Positions 17,325 through 27,650 of a DNA stretch of 50,686 bases are shown piece after piece. How positions within the stretch are numbered: the stretch's first letter is position 1; each line of letters starts with the position of its first letter. Below the pieces are notes generated by a model, which saw nothing but the letters and a program-made list of their open reading frames with translations, was not told where the DNA came from and did not search any database. Source of the stretch: a bacterium (GTDB lineage: Bacteria; Zhuqueibacterota; Zhuqueibacteria; Zhuqueibacterales; Zhuqueibacteraceae); assembly GCA_044869275.1 (NCBI GenBank), contig JBIOXB010000218.1, positions 1 through 50,686 on the forward strand. The letters run 5' to 3'. The position numbers were made by a program, and so were the translations under genes.

Positions 17325-17723
17325 ATGTTCAAAGAGTTCAAAGAATTTGCCATGCGCGGCAACGTCATCGATCTCGCCGTGGGCGTGATCATCGGCGCCG
17401 CCTTCGGCAAAATTGTGAGCTCGCTGGTGAGCGATATTCTAATGCCACCCATCGGTGTGATCACCGGTGGCGTGGATTTCGGCAATCTTGCGCTCACCTT
17501 GAAAGCAAAAACCGCGGACGCGCCCGCGGTGACCATCAACTATGGCGCGTTCATCAACACCGTCCTTGATTTCATCATCGTGGCGTTTTGCATTTTTTTG
17601 ATGATCCGCGGCCTCAACCAGCTCAAGCGCAATGAAGAAGCGCAGCCGCCGGCGCCACCCGAGCCGTCCAAACAAGAAATTCTGTTGACTGAAATTCGCG
17701 ATCTGCTCAAAGCGCGCAATTGA
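17325..17723 (+). CDS. mscL: Large-conductance mechanosensitive channel
   Basis: '[35 protein letters not shown]', '[10 protein letters not shown]'; strong RBS. Confidence 0.97.
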   Translation: MFKEFKEFAMRGNVIDLAVGVIIGAAFGKIVSSLVSDILMPPIGVITGGVDFGNLALTLKAKTADAPAVTINYGAFINTVLDFIIVAFCIFLMIRGLNQLKRNEEAQPPAPPEPSKQEILLTEIRDLLKARN

Positions 17724-17818
17724 CCTCGACCATCATCTTATGGTCTTGTTCGTGTGGCAGCGCAGGCACCCCCTTCGCCCTGTCACTTCACCCTCACCAT
17801 TTTCGGAAAGGAGATCAT

Positions 17819-18196
17819 ATGGCTCTCAAGGAAAAGTACGCGGACTTATTGGAATTGGGCAAAAAGCTCAACGTGAAAGCCGGCGACGTGCGCGAAGAAG
17901 GCGGCAAGCTGCACATCAAAGGCACGGCAGAATATCAATTGGATAAAGATCTGCTGTGGGACAAAATCAAAACCTATTCCGGCTGGGAAAACGAAATCGC
18001 TGCCGACATCACCGTCGCTAAAATTGACGTCTACGGTTTGTACACCGTGAAATCCGGCGACACGCTGTCCAAACTGGCAAAGCAGCTTTTTGGCAACGCC
18101 AATCGCTACATGGAAATCTTCAACCTCAACAAAGACATCCTCAAAGACCCGAACTTGATCAAAGTCGGGCAGGTGTTGAAGCTGCCAAAGAAGTAG
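17819..18196 (+). CDS. LysM domain protein (Kbp/YgaU-like architecture)
   Basis: 'YTVKSGDTLSKLAKQLFGNANRYMEIF..N...L.DPNLIKVGQVLKLP'; GGAG RBS. Confidence 0.9.
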   Translation: MALKEKYADLLELGKKLNVKAGDVREEGGKLHIKGTAEYQLDKDLLWDKIKTYSGWENEIAADITVAKIDVYGLYTVKSGDTLSKLAKQLFGNANRYMEIFNLNKDILKDPNLIKVGQVLKLPKK

Positions 18197-18273
18197 TCCG
18201 CAGGACGGCAAACCTTCCAGGCCGCAGCAGCCTGGAAGGTTGTAATACAAGTTATCAAAATGTGGCTCACGAT

Positions 18274-19554
18274 ATGAAAAGCGTTGCCCTCAACCCCGTG
18301 TCTCGCATGACCGGAACGGCTACCGTTCCCGGCGACAAATCCATTTCGCATCGCGCGCTGATGCTCGCGGCCATTGCCGAGGGCGAGAGCTGCATCGCAA
18401 ATCTCGCCACCGGCGCGGACGTGCGCAGCACGCGCCTCTGTTTGCAGCGGCTCGGAGTGGATATAGCCGTTGACGAAAAGGAAGCGCGCGTGCGCGGGCG
18501 CGGAGTCTCCGCACTGCAGCCCGCCCACGAGCCGCTCGATGCGGGTAACTCCGGCACGACGATGCGGCTGCTCGCCGGCATTCTGGCGACGCGGCCATTT
18601 GCCACGACCATGATCGGCGATGAATCATTGCGCCGCCGGCCGATGCGCCGCGTGATCGAGCCGTTGCAGCGCATGGGTGCACAGGTGGAAGCGGCACCCG
18701 GCCAAACACCGCCGCTCAAAATCACCGGAGGAAATTTGCGCGGCATAGAATACGCATTGCCCGTCGCTTCAGCGCAGGTCAAGAGCTGCGTCCTGTTCGC
18801 CGGGCTGGAGGCGGAGGGCGAAACCGTGGTCAACGAGTCGGCGCCCACCCGTGACCACAGCGAGCGCTTGCTGCAGGCGATGAATGCGAATATGGTGTGT
18901 GAAGGCGGGCGCATCGCGATCCGGCGCAGCGCCTTGCAAAGTGTGGCATTGCACGTGCCGGGAGATTTCTCCTCCGCAGCATTTTTGCTCGCGGCCGCAG
19001 TGTTGCTGCCCGGCAGCGAGCTGAAGATCGCCGAAGTCGGCTTGAATCCCACGCGCACGGCTTTTTTGCAAGTGCTGCTGGAAATGGGTGCCCGCTTCGA
19101 CTTTCCTCAATGGCAGGTGCAGCCCGTCGAGCCTTATGGCGACATTGTGGCGCGGCATAGCCCTTTGCATGGCCTCGAGCTCGATCCCCAATTCGTGCCG
19201 AAAATGATTGATGAGATTCCCATTCTCGCCGTTCTGGCCACGCAAGCTGAAGGCGAAACCATCATCTCCGGTGCGGCGGAATTGCGCGTGAAGGAAAGCG
19301 ATCGTTTGGCGGCATTGGCGGCAAATCTGCGCGCGATGCGCGCGCACGTCGAAGAACTGCCGGACGGCTTGATCATCAAGGGCCCGAGCCGCCTGTGCGG
19401 CGCAGAAATCGATTCCTGCGGTGATCATCGCATCGCCATGGCTTTTGCGATCGCTGGTTTGTGCGCCGATTCCACCACCACCATCCGCAATGCCGAGTGC
19501 GTCGATATTTCATTCCCGGGCTTTTTTGAAGTGCTGCGACGATTGTGCCGGTAA
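18274..19554 (+). CDS. aroA: 3-phosphoshikimate 1-carboxyvinyltransferase
   Basis: 'PGDKSISHRA', 'GNSGTTMRL', 'SAQVKS', 'RVKESDR', 'DHRIAM'. Confidence 0.97.
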   Translation: MKSVALNPVSRMTGTATVPGDKSISHRALMLAAIAEGESCIANLATGADVRSTRLCLQRLGVDIAVDEKEARVRGRGVSALQPAHEPLDAGNSGTTMRLLAGILATRPFATTMIGDESLRRRPMRRVIEPLQRMGAQVEAAPGQTPPLKITGGNLRGIEYALPVASAQVKSCVLFAGLEAEGETVVNESAPTRDHSERLLQAMNANMVCEGGRIAIRRSALQSVALHVPGDFSSAAFLLAAAVLLPGSELKIAEVGLNPTRTAFLQVLLEMGARFDFPQWQVQPVEPYGDIVARHSPLHGLELDPQFVPKMIDEIPILAVLATQAEGETIISGAAELRVKESDRLAALAANLRAMRAHVEELPDGLIIKGPSRLCGAEIDSCGDHRIAMAFAIAGLCADSTTTIRNAECVDISFPGFFEVLRRLCR

Positions 19555-19617
19555 CGTTTGACCTACGAACATCTTTTTCATTATTATCGGCTGCCCAAAC
19601 GGGCATGGGCTATTACC

Positions 19618-20493
19618 ATGCACTCAGAATCTCCCTTGCGCCAGCGCCTCGCCGTCATCGGCGATCCCATCTCGCATTCGCTCTCGCCCGTTTTACAAAA
19701 CTCCTTGATCGGGCATTTTGATTTGCCCTTCCACTACGAAGCAGTGCGGGTGGCGCCAAGTGCATTGCCGGCATTCATCCAAAAAATGCGTGCGGGCGAA
19801 TTTGCCGGCGTGAATGTCACCATTCCTCACAAACAAGCCATCATTCCTCTGCTGGACGATCTCGCCACCACGGCGCTTCAAATCGGCGCCGCCAACACGA
19901 TCGTGAATGAAGCGGGATGGTTGCTCGGCCATAATACCGACGCGCCAGGTTTCTTGCGCGCGCTGCAAGCCGCGGAAATTGATCTCGAAAATCAAGACCT
20001 GCTGCTGCTGGGCGCCGGCGGCGCCGCCAAAGCCGTGTTGCACGTGGCACTCGCCGCGGGTGCCAGCACGATTTACATTTGCAATCGCGACAACGCGCGC
20101 GCAGAAGCTTTGCGCCGCCCGCTCACCAGCGATCAGCAGGACAAGCTGCGCGTCATCAAATGGAAAGACCGCGAGAGCTGGCTGCGCATGCAGCCGGTGA
20201 CGGTCATCGCGAATGCCACCAGTGCGGGCATGCCGCCCCAGCAGCATCTTTCCCCGCTTCCCGCGACGGCCCTGCATGGCGGTTTGACGGTCATCGATTT
20301 GATCTACAATCCGGGGGAAACGTTGCTGTTGCGTGAAACCAAAAAGCGGGGAGGCAAAACGTTGAACGGTTTATCCATGCTCATTTATCAAGGCGTCGCG
20401 GCTCTGGAATTGTGGAGCCGGAAAAGGCTGGAAATCGGAGGGATTTACCCGGAATTGGAACAACAGCTTTTAGCAAAAATCGGCAATCCGTAG
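19618..20493 (+). CDS. aroE: Shikimate dehydrogenase
   Basis: 'GDPISHSLSP', 'NVTIPHK', 'NTDAPG', 'GAGGAA', 'MLIYQG'. Confidence 0.95.
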   Translation: MHSESPLRQRLAVIGDPISHSLSPVLQNSLIGHFDLPFHYEAVRVAPSALPAFIQKMRAGEFAGVNVTIPHKQAIIPLLDDLATTALQIGAANTIVNEAGWLLGHNTDAPGFLRALQAAEIDLENQDLLLLGAGGAAKAVLHVALAAGASTIYICNRDNARAEALRRPLTSDQQDKLRVIKWKDRESWLRMQPVTVIANATSAGMPPQQHLSPLPATALHGGLTVIDLIYNPGETLLLRETKKRGGKTLNGLSMLIYQGVAALELWSRKRLEIGGIYPELEQQLLAKIGNP

Positions 20494-20569
20494 AGTCCGG
20501 CTTGACTTGCCGGCGCTCAGAAATAGTTGGCCGCTCGCGGTGCTCGCGCCGGATCCCCGGAGGCTGCGA

Positions 20570-22036
20570 CTAGCGCAACAAAACGACGCGTTGCGTAGCC
20601 ACGACCCGTCCGTTCACTTGCAGGCGATAGAAATAGACGCCATTCGCCTGCAATATTCCCCGCGCATTCTCGCCACGCCAAACCCAGCCATATTCTCCCG
20701 CGGAAAATTCGCCTTCGATCAGCTTGTGAACGAGCTGCCCTTGGACATTGAAGATGAACAGTTGCACCTGCGATTTTTGCGCTACCACAAAACGTATTCT
20801 CGATTCCTGCTGGAAGGGATTGGGATAGCTGCCCAGGAGGTGATGCGCGGGCGGCGACAGCAGGCGATCCTGCACGCGGAGCGCCGGCCCTGGAAAGAAT
20901 ATTTCGAGCGCATCATCTATATGTCCGCGCCAGTTGCCCCAACTGTGGCCGTCGTGAATTTCGCGGAAAACGAAATCATAGCCTTTCGTTCGCAGGATGG
21001 GCAGGAATGCCTGCAGGCGCGGAATCAGAACCGGAATATCATACGTGCCGAGGTCGAGATACAATTTGAGCGCCAGCGCCGGGCTATTCTGATAGCCCGC
21101 GGAAACATTCGGCTCGACATTGCTGGAAAGCGCGGCGACATTGCCAAAAACTTCGGGGTGCGCGTAGCCGAGCCACAAAGAAATATTGCCGCCGTCGGAG
21201 GAGCCGAGCACCGCACGGCCGGCGGGATCGGTGCGCGTGCGATAGCGCCCGTCCACCCAGCGCATGACGTCATCTACAATGAATCCCGTGAATTGATTTT
21301 GCAGGCTGGTGGCATATTCCTCCCGCCGGCGCACAGCCGGCACGAAGACCGCAATCACCGGTGAAATGCGCCGCTGCGCAATAAGATAATCGAGCACATT
21401 GTTGGCTTTCGCGAGCGTGAGGTATTCCAGCCCATCGTGAAACAAAACCACGGGAAAGCGGCCGTTGGTGGTATCGTAAGACGGCGGCAAATACATGCGG
21501 ATCGTGCGTGTATTGCCGAGAGCGCTGTCGAAAAAGGTGGTGTCGCGCAGCACGCCGTGCGGAATGTTGGAATAGAACTCTATTTCCGGCGGCGGCACAT
21601 ACCCCGGCATGCGCAACTCCGAATTCGGGCCAAAACCGCCGGAAACTTGATATGGGTTGCGCGGATCGAGAATCCAATTGGAGCCGTTCAACACCAATTT
21701 ATAATCGAGGCGCGCCTCGCGTGGAAAGGTCTTGGTCAGATACCAAAGATTCGTGGTCGAAAGCTGCGCCATCGAAAATAAAGCAGGATTCCAGCCATTG
21801 GCGTCGCCGGGAGCGCTGACGCTGGCCGCGTTGCCGCGATAAATATAGTGGCAGAGCGTATCCTGCTCGCGATAAGGCGAAACCGGCACCGCGCTCATGA
21901 AACTATCGACCAGCGCGCTACGCTGTGTCTGCGGCGCGGCCTGCACCCGCCGGATGAAATCCTGGAAAGTTTGAGCCGGAGCGGAAACGGAAAACAGCAG
22001 GGCGCACAAAGTGAGCTTGAGCATTCGCATGGTCAT
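20570..22036 (-). CDS. Secreted Fes-like alpha/beta esterase with N-terminal Ig/CBM48-like domain and FlgD-like tail
   Basis: 'DYKLVLNG..WILDPRNP', 'GSSDGG' nucleophile, 'GHSWGNWR', 'YPNPF' tail. Confidence 0.85.
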   Translation of the reverse strand: MTMRMLKLTLCALLFSVSAPAQTFQDFIRRVQAAPQTQRSALVDSFMSAVPVSPYREQDTLCHYIYRGNAASVSAPGDANGWNPALFSMAQLSTTNLWYLTKTFPREARLDYKLVLNGSNWILDPRNPYQVSGGFGPNSELRMPGYVPPPEIEFYSNIPHGVLRDTTFFDSALGNTRTIRMYLPPSYDTTNGRFPVVLFHDGLEYLTLAKANNVLDYLIAQRRISPVIAVFVPAVRRREEYATSLQNQFTGFIVDDVMRWVDGRYRTRTDPAGRAVLGSSDGGNISLWLGYAHPEVFGNVAALSSNVEPNVSAGYQNSPALALKLYLDLGTYDIPVLIPRLQAFLPILRTKGYDFVFREIHDGHSWGNWRGHIDDALEIFFPGPALRVQDRLLSPPAHHLLGSYPNPFQQESRIRFVVAQKSQVQLFIFNVQGQLVHKLIEGEFSAGEYGWVWRGENARGILQANGVYFYRLQVNGRVVATQRVVLLR

Positions 22037-22042
22037 TCCAGG

Positions 22043-23251
22043 TTAGACGCGCTCGATCAAGAGCGCTAGACCCAGCCCGCCGCTGATGCACAGCGTGGCC
22101 AGGCCATATTTTGATTTGCGTTTCAACATTTCGTGCAGCAAGGTAACCGTAATGCGTGCGCCGGTGGCGCCGATGGGATGTCCGAGAGCAATGGCGCCGC
22201 CGTTGACATTCACCTTCGTCATGTCAAAATGCAACTCCCGCTCGCAGGCCAGCACTTGCGCGGCAAACGCCTCATTCAATTCGATGAGATCAATATCCTC
22301 GAGTTTGAGCTGATGCTTTTTCAAAAGCGCGCGCACGGCGGGAACCGGCGCGATGCCCATGATCGCCGGATCCACGCCCGCCGTCGTGTACCCCACCAGG
22401 CGCGCCAGCACGGGCGAATGATTGCGCTTCACAAAATCATCCGTGGCGAGCACCAAAGCGGCGGCACCATCCACCATGCCCGAGGAATTGCCGGCGTGTA
22501 CCGTGCCCTCTTTCTTGAACACCGGCGGCAGCTTCGCGAGCGCTTCCATGGTCACACCCTCCCGCGGATGCTCGTCCGCAGATACCATTACCCCGTCTCC
22601 CTCTCTCCCCGTCCCTCTCTCTCCCCGTCCCCCCTTCACAGGCACCGGCACAATCTCATCTTCAAACCGCCCTGCCCGCCGCGCGCGCTCGCAGCGATGT
22701 TGCGTTTCCATAGCAAAGCGATCTTGCTCTTCGCGAGAAATATGGTACTGCGTCGCCAAAGTTTCCGCGGTTTCACCCATGATCTGTCCGCACAAGGGAC
22801 AGAGAAAACCGTCCTGATACATGCCATCGACGAGCTTTTCGTGTCCGAGGCGATACCCCCAGCGCGCTTTCATGAGCAAGTAAGGCACCCGGCTCATGTT
22901 CTCGCTGCCGCCGGCGAGAATCACTTCGGCATCGCCGCATTTCAGCGCTTGCACCGCGCTCATGATTGCGCGCAGGCTGGAGCCGCAGGCTTTGTTGACG
23001 GTGAAAGCCGGAATGTCATGCGGCACGCCGGCGCGCTGGGCAATTTGCCGTGCCGGATTCGGACCAACACCCGCGGGCCGCGCGTTGCCCATGATCACTT
23101 CGCTGAGCTGCGCCGCTTCGATCTGCGCCCGTGCTATAGCCGCCTTCGCCGCAATGCCGCCGAGCTCGGGGGCGCTGAGCTCCGCAAACGAGCCGCCGAA
23201 TTTGCCGATGGGCGTACGGGCCGCGGACAGGAGGTAAATTTCAGGTAACAT
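22043..23251 (-). CDS. Acetyl-CoA C-acyltransferase (thiolase)
   Basis: 'NKACGS', 'NEAFA', 'GHPIGATG', 'LCISGG'. Confidence 0.95.
   Translation of the reverse strand: MLPEIYLLSAARTPIGKFGGSFAELSAPELGGIAAKAAIARAQIEAAQLSEVIMGNARPAGVGPNPARQIAQRAGVPHDIPAFTVNKACGSSLRAIMSAVQALKCGDAEVILAGGSENMSRVPYLLMKARWGYRLGHEKLVDGMYQDGFLCPLCGQIMGETAETLATQYHISREEQDRFAMETQHRCERARRAGRFEDEIVPVPVKGGRGERGTGREGDGVMVSADEHPREGVTMEALAKLPPVFKKEGTVHAGNSSGMVDGAAALVLATDDFVKRNHSPVLARLVGYTTAGVDPAIMGIAPVPAVRALLKKHQLKLEDIDLIELNEAFAAQVLACERELHFDMTKVNVNGGAIALGHPIGATGARITVTLLHEMLKRKSKYGLATLCISGGLGLALLIERV
22591..22633. repeat. Low-complexity 8/16-bp periodic repeat inserted in-frame in the thiolase gene
   Basis: CCCCGTCTCCCTCTCTCCCCGTCCCTCTCTCTCCCCGTCCCCC, encoding [14 protein letters not shown]. 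Confidence 0.75.
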
Positions 23252-23312
23252 GGCCAGTGCAAACATCCATTTTGGTTGTGAATATCGGAATTCTTTTCGC
23301 GCTCTTGTCGTG

Positions 23313-24752
23313 CTAGCTCAAATCCACCCACACGCTTTTGCTTTGTGAATAAAACTCAAACGCTTCCCTCCCGCTTTCGCGGCCGAAACCGCTCATTTTG
23401 TAGCCGCCGTAGGGCATGGCCGCATCATAGTTGTTGTAGGTGTTGATCCAAACCGTTCCGGCTTTGATTTCCCTGGCCAGGCGATGCGCTTTTTTGATGT
23501 CCTTTGTCCAAATCGCGGCGGCAAGGCCATACATCGTGCCATTGGCGAGCTTGACCAATTCCTCCGCGTCTTGAAATCGCAAAGTCGCCAGCACCGGGCC
23601 GAAAATTTCTTCTTGCGCGATCGTGGCGTTGGGCTGCACCTCATCGAAAATCGTCGGCTCGAAGAAATAACCTTTGCCCGGCGCGGGCTCGGGCTGGCGG
23701 CCGCCGGCGAGCAATCGCGCGCCTTCCTTTTGGCCGATTTCAACATACTTTTTCACATTCGCGAGCTGTGCTTCGGAAACCAATGAACCCAGACGCGCCT
23801 TGGGATCCATGGGATCGCCCGGCTGCAATTTTTTCGCGCGCTCTACGACTTTCTCTATGAATCCCTCATAAATGGATTTCTCGACAAACAGACGCGAGCC
23901 CGCGGTGCAAACTTCGCCCTTATTGTAAAAGATGCCCATGAGCGCCATTTTTGCCGCCGCTTCGAGATCGGCATCGGCAAACACAATATTTGGAGACTTG
24001 CCGCCAAGCTCGAGATGAAGTTTCTTCACGGTGGCCGCGGCATCGCGCATCAATTGTTGCCCGGTGGCAGTTCCGCCGGTGAGGGCGATGCCATCGACAC
24101 CGGGATGCTTGACCAATGCCGCGCCCGCGCTGACCCCGTATCCCGGCACGACATTCAAAACGCCCGGAGGCAAACCCGCTTCCATGCCGATTTCCGCGAG
24201 CGCGATGGCGGTCAAAGGCGTTTGTGCGGCAGGTTTTAAGATCACGGTGTTGCCCGCCGCCAGTGCCGCTGCCACTTTGCGCGAGGCCAGCAATAACGGA
24301 AAATTCCACGGCACGATCAAGCCAACGACGCCGAGCGGTTCGCGCAGCGTATAGCAGAAATACGAGCCATTGACCGGGATGGTATGGCCTTCGAGCCTCG
24401 TCGCGGCACCGGCATAGTAAAAATACAAATCCGCAGAATAAGGAATATCGATGCGGCTGGATTCGGTGATGGTTTTGCCGTTGTCCATGGTTTCCAGCTT
24501 GGCGAGCTCTTCGGCCCGCGCCAAAATGCGCTCGCCCATCTTCCATATGATCCGGGCGCGCTCGGAGGCGTTCATTTTTCCCCATGGACCCTCGAGCGCG
24601 GCGCGCGCCGCTTGCACAGCGCGATCGATATCTTCAGCCCCGCCTTCGGCGATCTGCGCCAGCACTTCCGTCGTAGCGGGATTGATCGTCGGGAAAGTTT
24701 TTCCGCTGGCGGCGTCTTCCCATTTGCCGTTGATAAAAAGTCGGGTATGCAT
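23313..24752 (-). CDS. Aldehyde dehydrogenase
   Basis: 'PWNFP', 'LELGGKSP', 'GEVCTAGSR', 'EEIFGPV'; start at MHTRLFING inferred. Confidence 0.95.
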   Translation of the reverse strand: MHTRLFINGKWEDAASGKTFPTINPATTEVLAQIAEGGAEDIDRAVQAARAALEGPWGKMNASERARIIWKMGERILARAEELAKLETMDNGKTITESSRIDIPYSADLYFYYAGAATRLEGHTIPVNGSYFCYTLREPLGVVGLIVPWNFPLLLASRKVAAALAAGNTVILKPAAQTPLTAIALAEIGMEAGLPPGVLNVVPGYGVSAGAALVKHPGVDGIALTGGTATGQQLMRDAAATVKKLHLELGGKSPNIVFADADLEAAAKMALMGIFYNKGEVCTAGSRLFVEKSIYEGFIEKVVERAKKLQPGDPMDPKARLGSLVSEAQLANVKKYVEIGQKEGARLLAGGRQPEPAPGKGYFFEPTIFDEVQPNATIAQEEIFGPVLATLRFQDAEELVKLANGTMYGLAAAIWTKDIKKAHRLAREIKAGTVWINTYNNYDAAMPYGGYKMSGFGRESGREAFEFYSQSKSVWVDLS

Positions 24753-24883
24753 TCCTTGGGGCCTCGCAGATGGTTTGATACAATTCTTAGCCTGATCTTC
24801 CGCGATCGTGCTTGCACTCCCCTGCCAATTTTTGGGGACGGTCTTGCCGTGAGCTGCAATTGCGCTCATTAAAATAATCATTT

Positions 24884-24910
24884 TTGACATTATTGCAATA
24901 ACTACGTCAA
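24884..24910. promoter_or_regulatory. Palindromic operator candidate upstream of ALDH-thiolase
   Basis: TTGAC-A-TTATTGCAATAA-CTAC-GTCAA, with a perfect 12-bp core, in an AT-rich intergenic region. Confidence 0.4.
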
Positions 24911-25005
24911 TGCTTATGAGTTTCCAGATTTTTGAAAATAAAAAAGCCCAGCGATTACGCTGGGCTGCATGTTTTTTTTCCAAGTCGGAGTGGCGGGGGG
25001 CGGCA

Positions 25006-25782
25006 TCATCCATAACGGCCCTCAATATATTCCGCGGTTTTGGGATTCCGCGGCGCAATGAACAAGTCCTCCGTGCGGCTGTGCTCGATGATCTCGCCGA
25101 GCAGCATGAAGATGCATTCGTTGCTTACCCGGCGGGCTTGCGCCATGTTGTGGGTGACGATGACGATGGTATAACGGCCTTTCAGCTCCAGCATCAATTC
25201 TTCGATGCCGCGCGTGGCCGCGGCATCGAGCGCGGAACAGGGCTCGTCCATTAAAATCACTTCTGGCTTGAGCGGCAGCAGCCGCGCGATGCACAATTTC
25301 TGCTGCTGCTCGAGCTGCAGCGCCGTGGCCTTGGTGTGCAGTTTGTCCTTGAGATCATTCCAGAGCAGCACGTCTTGCAGGGCTTGCTCGACGATTTCAT
25401 CGGTGAGAGATTTTTTCAATGCGCCGCGCTCACTGTGAATGCGCAGGCCGAACAGAACATTTTCATACACCGAGATCGGCAATGGATTCGGGCGTTGAAA
25501 AACCATGCCCACGGCCTTGCGCAACTCCGTCAACGACACGTCGGGATCATAAATGTTCTTGTTGATGATTTTGATCTCACCGGTCGTGGTCACGTTGCCA
25601 TAGCGCTCGTTCACGCGGTTGAAGCAGCGCAGCAGTGTGGTTTTGCCGCAGCCGGAGGGCCCAATGAGTCCGGTAATGATGCCGTGCAACATGCTGACGC
25701 TGACGTTGATCAACGCCTGGAAGGCGCCATACCACAAGTTCAGATCGGTGGTTTCAATGCTGTATTTTCTCTCGGAAGTCAT
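25006..25782 (-). CDS. pstB: Phosphate ABC transporter ATPase, copy B (degenerate signature motif)
   Basis: GPSGCGKT, 'MVFQRPNP', 'LMDEPCSALD', 'VTHNMAQA'; LSGGQ replaced by LQLEQ. Confidence 0.92.
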   Translation of the reverse strand: MTSERKYSIETTDLNLWYGAFQALINVSVSMLHGIITGLIGPSGCGKTTLLRCFNRVNERYGNVTTTGEIKIINKNIYDPDVSLTELRKAVGMVFQRPNPLPISVYENVLFGLRIHSERGALKKSLTDEIVEQALQDVLLWNDLKDKLHTKATALQLEQQQKLCIARLLPLKPEVILMDEPCSALDAAATRGIEELMLELKGRYTIVIVTHNMAQARRVSNECIFMLLGEIIEHSRTEDLFIAPRNPKTAEYIEGRYG

Positions 25783-26543
25783 CCAAAAATTCCCGTCACA
25801 TAATCGTAAGTCTTGCGGTTGGCCGGCGTGTCGGAGAAGATTTTTTCGGTCGTGCCTATTTCTATCAGTTTGCTGTCGAGCAAGAACGCGGTACGATCGG
25901 CGAGGCGGCGCGCCTGCTGCACCAGGTTGGTGACGAGGATGATGGTGAGATTTGTGCGCAGCTCTTTGAGCACATCTTCGATGCGCATGGTGGTGACGGG
26001 ATCGACGGCAATGGAGAACTCGTCCAGGCAAAGAATTTCGGGCTGATGGGACAGTGCGCGTGCGATCGTCAAGCGCTGTTGCTGCCCCCCGGAAAGCTTG
26101 GTGCCGAGACTGTCGAGGCGATCCTTGACTTCGTCCCACAATGCCGCCTGCCGCAGACAGCGTTCGACGAGGCCGTTCAATTCGTCCCGGTTGCGAATGC
26201 CGGCCATGCGAGGAGCAAAGGCGACGTTGTCGTAAATGGAGAGCGGCAAGCCCACGGGCAGCGGGGCGACCATGCCGATTTTGCGGCGCAGCGCATATAC
26301 GTTTTTCGTTTTCAAAACTTCTTCGCCGTCAATCACGACGTTGCCGCGAATCTCCACGCCGGGGGTGAAATCGATGGTACGATTGATCACCCGCAACAAC
26401 GTGGTTTTGCCCGATTGCGCGGGTCCAATGACGCCGAGGATTTCGTTCTCATACACCGCGAGCGACAGACCGTCCAATGCGGTTTTGTTGCCGTATTTGA
26501 CGGTCAGCCCGTCGATCGTGATTTTTTGATGGGTTGAGGGCAT
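25779..26543 (-). CDS. pstB: Phosphate ABC transporter ATPase, copy A (degenerate Q- and H-loops)
   Basis: GPAQSGKT, intact 'LSGGQQQRL', 'LDEF', 'LVTN', 'TYDYVTGIFG'. Confidence 0.9.
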   Translation of the reverse strand: MPSTHQKITIDGLTVKYGNKTALDGLSLAVYENEILGVIGPAQSGKTTLLRVINRTIDFTPGVEIRGNVVIDGEEVLKTKNVYALRRKIGMVAPLPVGLPLSIYDNVAFAPRMAGIRNRDELNGLVERCLRQAALWDEVKDRLDSLGTKLSGGQQQRLTIARALSHQPEILCLDEFSIAVDPVTTMRIEDVLKELRTNLTIILVTNLVQQARRLADRTAFLLDSKLIEIGTTEKIFSDTPANRKTYDYVTGIFG

Positions 26544-26678
26544 GCGGCTTTGCTTGCGAGCATCATTGGGTTCTGTAGCTTGTGGGATCGTGGTGCGTCA
26601 CCGGCGGCTCACGGGCAGTACCTGGTGCGTTTTACGCATTGCGCATGACGATCGATGCGCCACGTGCCACGATCATTC

Positions 26679-27563
26679 CTACCATTTCTTCCGCGAGCGC
26701 AGATACACCCGCAGCACGATCGCGAGCGCATTCACCAACAATACCGCGCCCAGCAGCACGATGGCGGTGCCATAGGTGACCGCTTCCGGTACGCCGGAGG
26801 CCTGCGTAGAAATGGTGAAAAGATGCATGGACAGCGCCATGCACTGATCGAACAAATTGTAAGCGAACAAATCGCCTTCGGGGATCGCTTTGAAAAACAC
26901 CGCACCGGTAAACAAGATGGGCGCGGTCTCGCCGGCCGTGCGCGAGACCTGCAGAATGACCCCGGTGAGAATACCGCTAATCGAGTTCGGCAGCACGAGG
27001 TTGCGAATGGTCTGCCAGCGCGTCGCGCCGACGTTCCAGCAGGCTTCGCGAAAAGGCATGGGCACGGAAGCCAGCGCCTCCTTGGTGCTGGCAATGATCA
27101 CGGGCAGCGTCATGATCGCCAGGGTGAGCGAGGCGGCGAGAATCGACTTGCCGATGCCGGCGAACAAAACGAATGCGCCCAGGCCGAACAGCGCGTGCAC
27201 AATGCTCGGCACACCGGCGAGATTCACCACCGCGAGATTGATGATGCGTGTATACCAATTCTCGCGGGCATACTCGTTGAGATAAACGGCCGCCAGCACG
27301 CCGATGGGCGCGGCAATCAGCAGCGAAATCACCACGAGATAAATGGTGCCCAACAACGGTGCCCAGACGCCGCCCGCGGTCATGCGCTTGGCGGGGTTGC
27401 TGAACAGAAAATCGAGCGAAAGCACGGGCCAGGCCTTGTACATCAGATAACCGAGAATGAAGAGTAAAGGCAGGATGATCAACAAAGTCATCGCCAAAAG
27501 AATGACCTTGGTGATGCTTTCCGCACGCTTTTTTCTATGAACAAGATCTGTGCTGGTGAACAT
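26679..27563 (-). CDS. pstA: Phosphate ABC transporter permease
   Basis: 'YLNEYA', 'LAGVPSIV..LFG', 'R.AGETAP'. Confidence 0.95.
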   Translation of the reverse strand: MFTSTDLVHRKKRAESITKVILLAMTLLIILPLLFILGYLMYKAWPVLSLDFLFSNPAKRMTAGGVWAPLLGTIYLVVISLLIAAPIGVLAAVYLNEYARENWYTRIINLAVVNLAGVPSIVHALFGLGAFVLFAGIGKSILAASLTLAIMTLPVIIASTKEALASVPMPFREACWNVGATRWQTIRNLVLPNSISGILTGVILQVSRTAGETAPILFTGAVFFKAIPEGDLFAYNLFDQCMALSMHLFTISTQASGVPEAVTYGTAIVLLGAVLLVNALAIVLRVYLRSRKKW

Positions 27564-27650
27564 GCTCTCGTGGCCCGTTGCCCGTCACGCGTTGCTCAAA
27601 CTTTGCAGCGGCTTGCGCCGGCAGACAAGAACGAGCAATCGGCGACGATT

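Noticed and set aside
24753..25058. N-terminal extensions in the ORF track (ALDH; also sufB, sufD, pstB, gap, mscL, DUF3078)
   Set aside because: They overlap neighbouring genes or repeats; downstream starts fit RBS and family N-termini better
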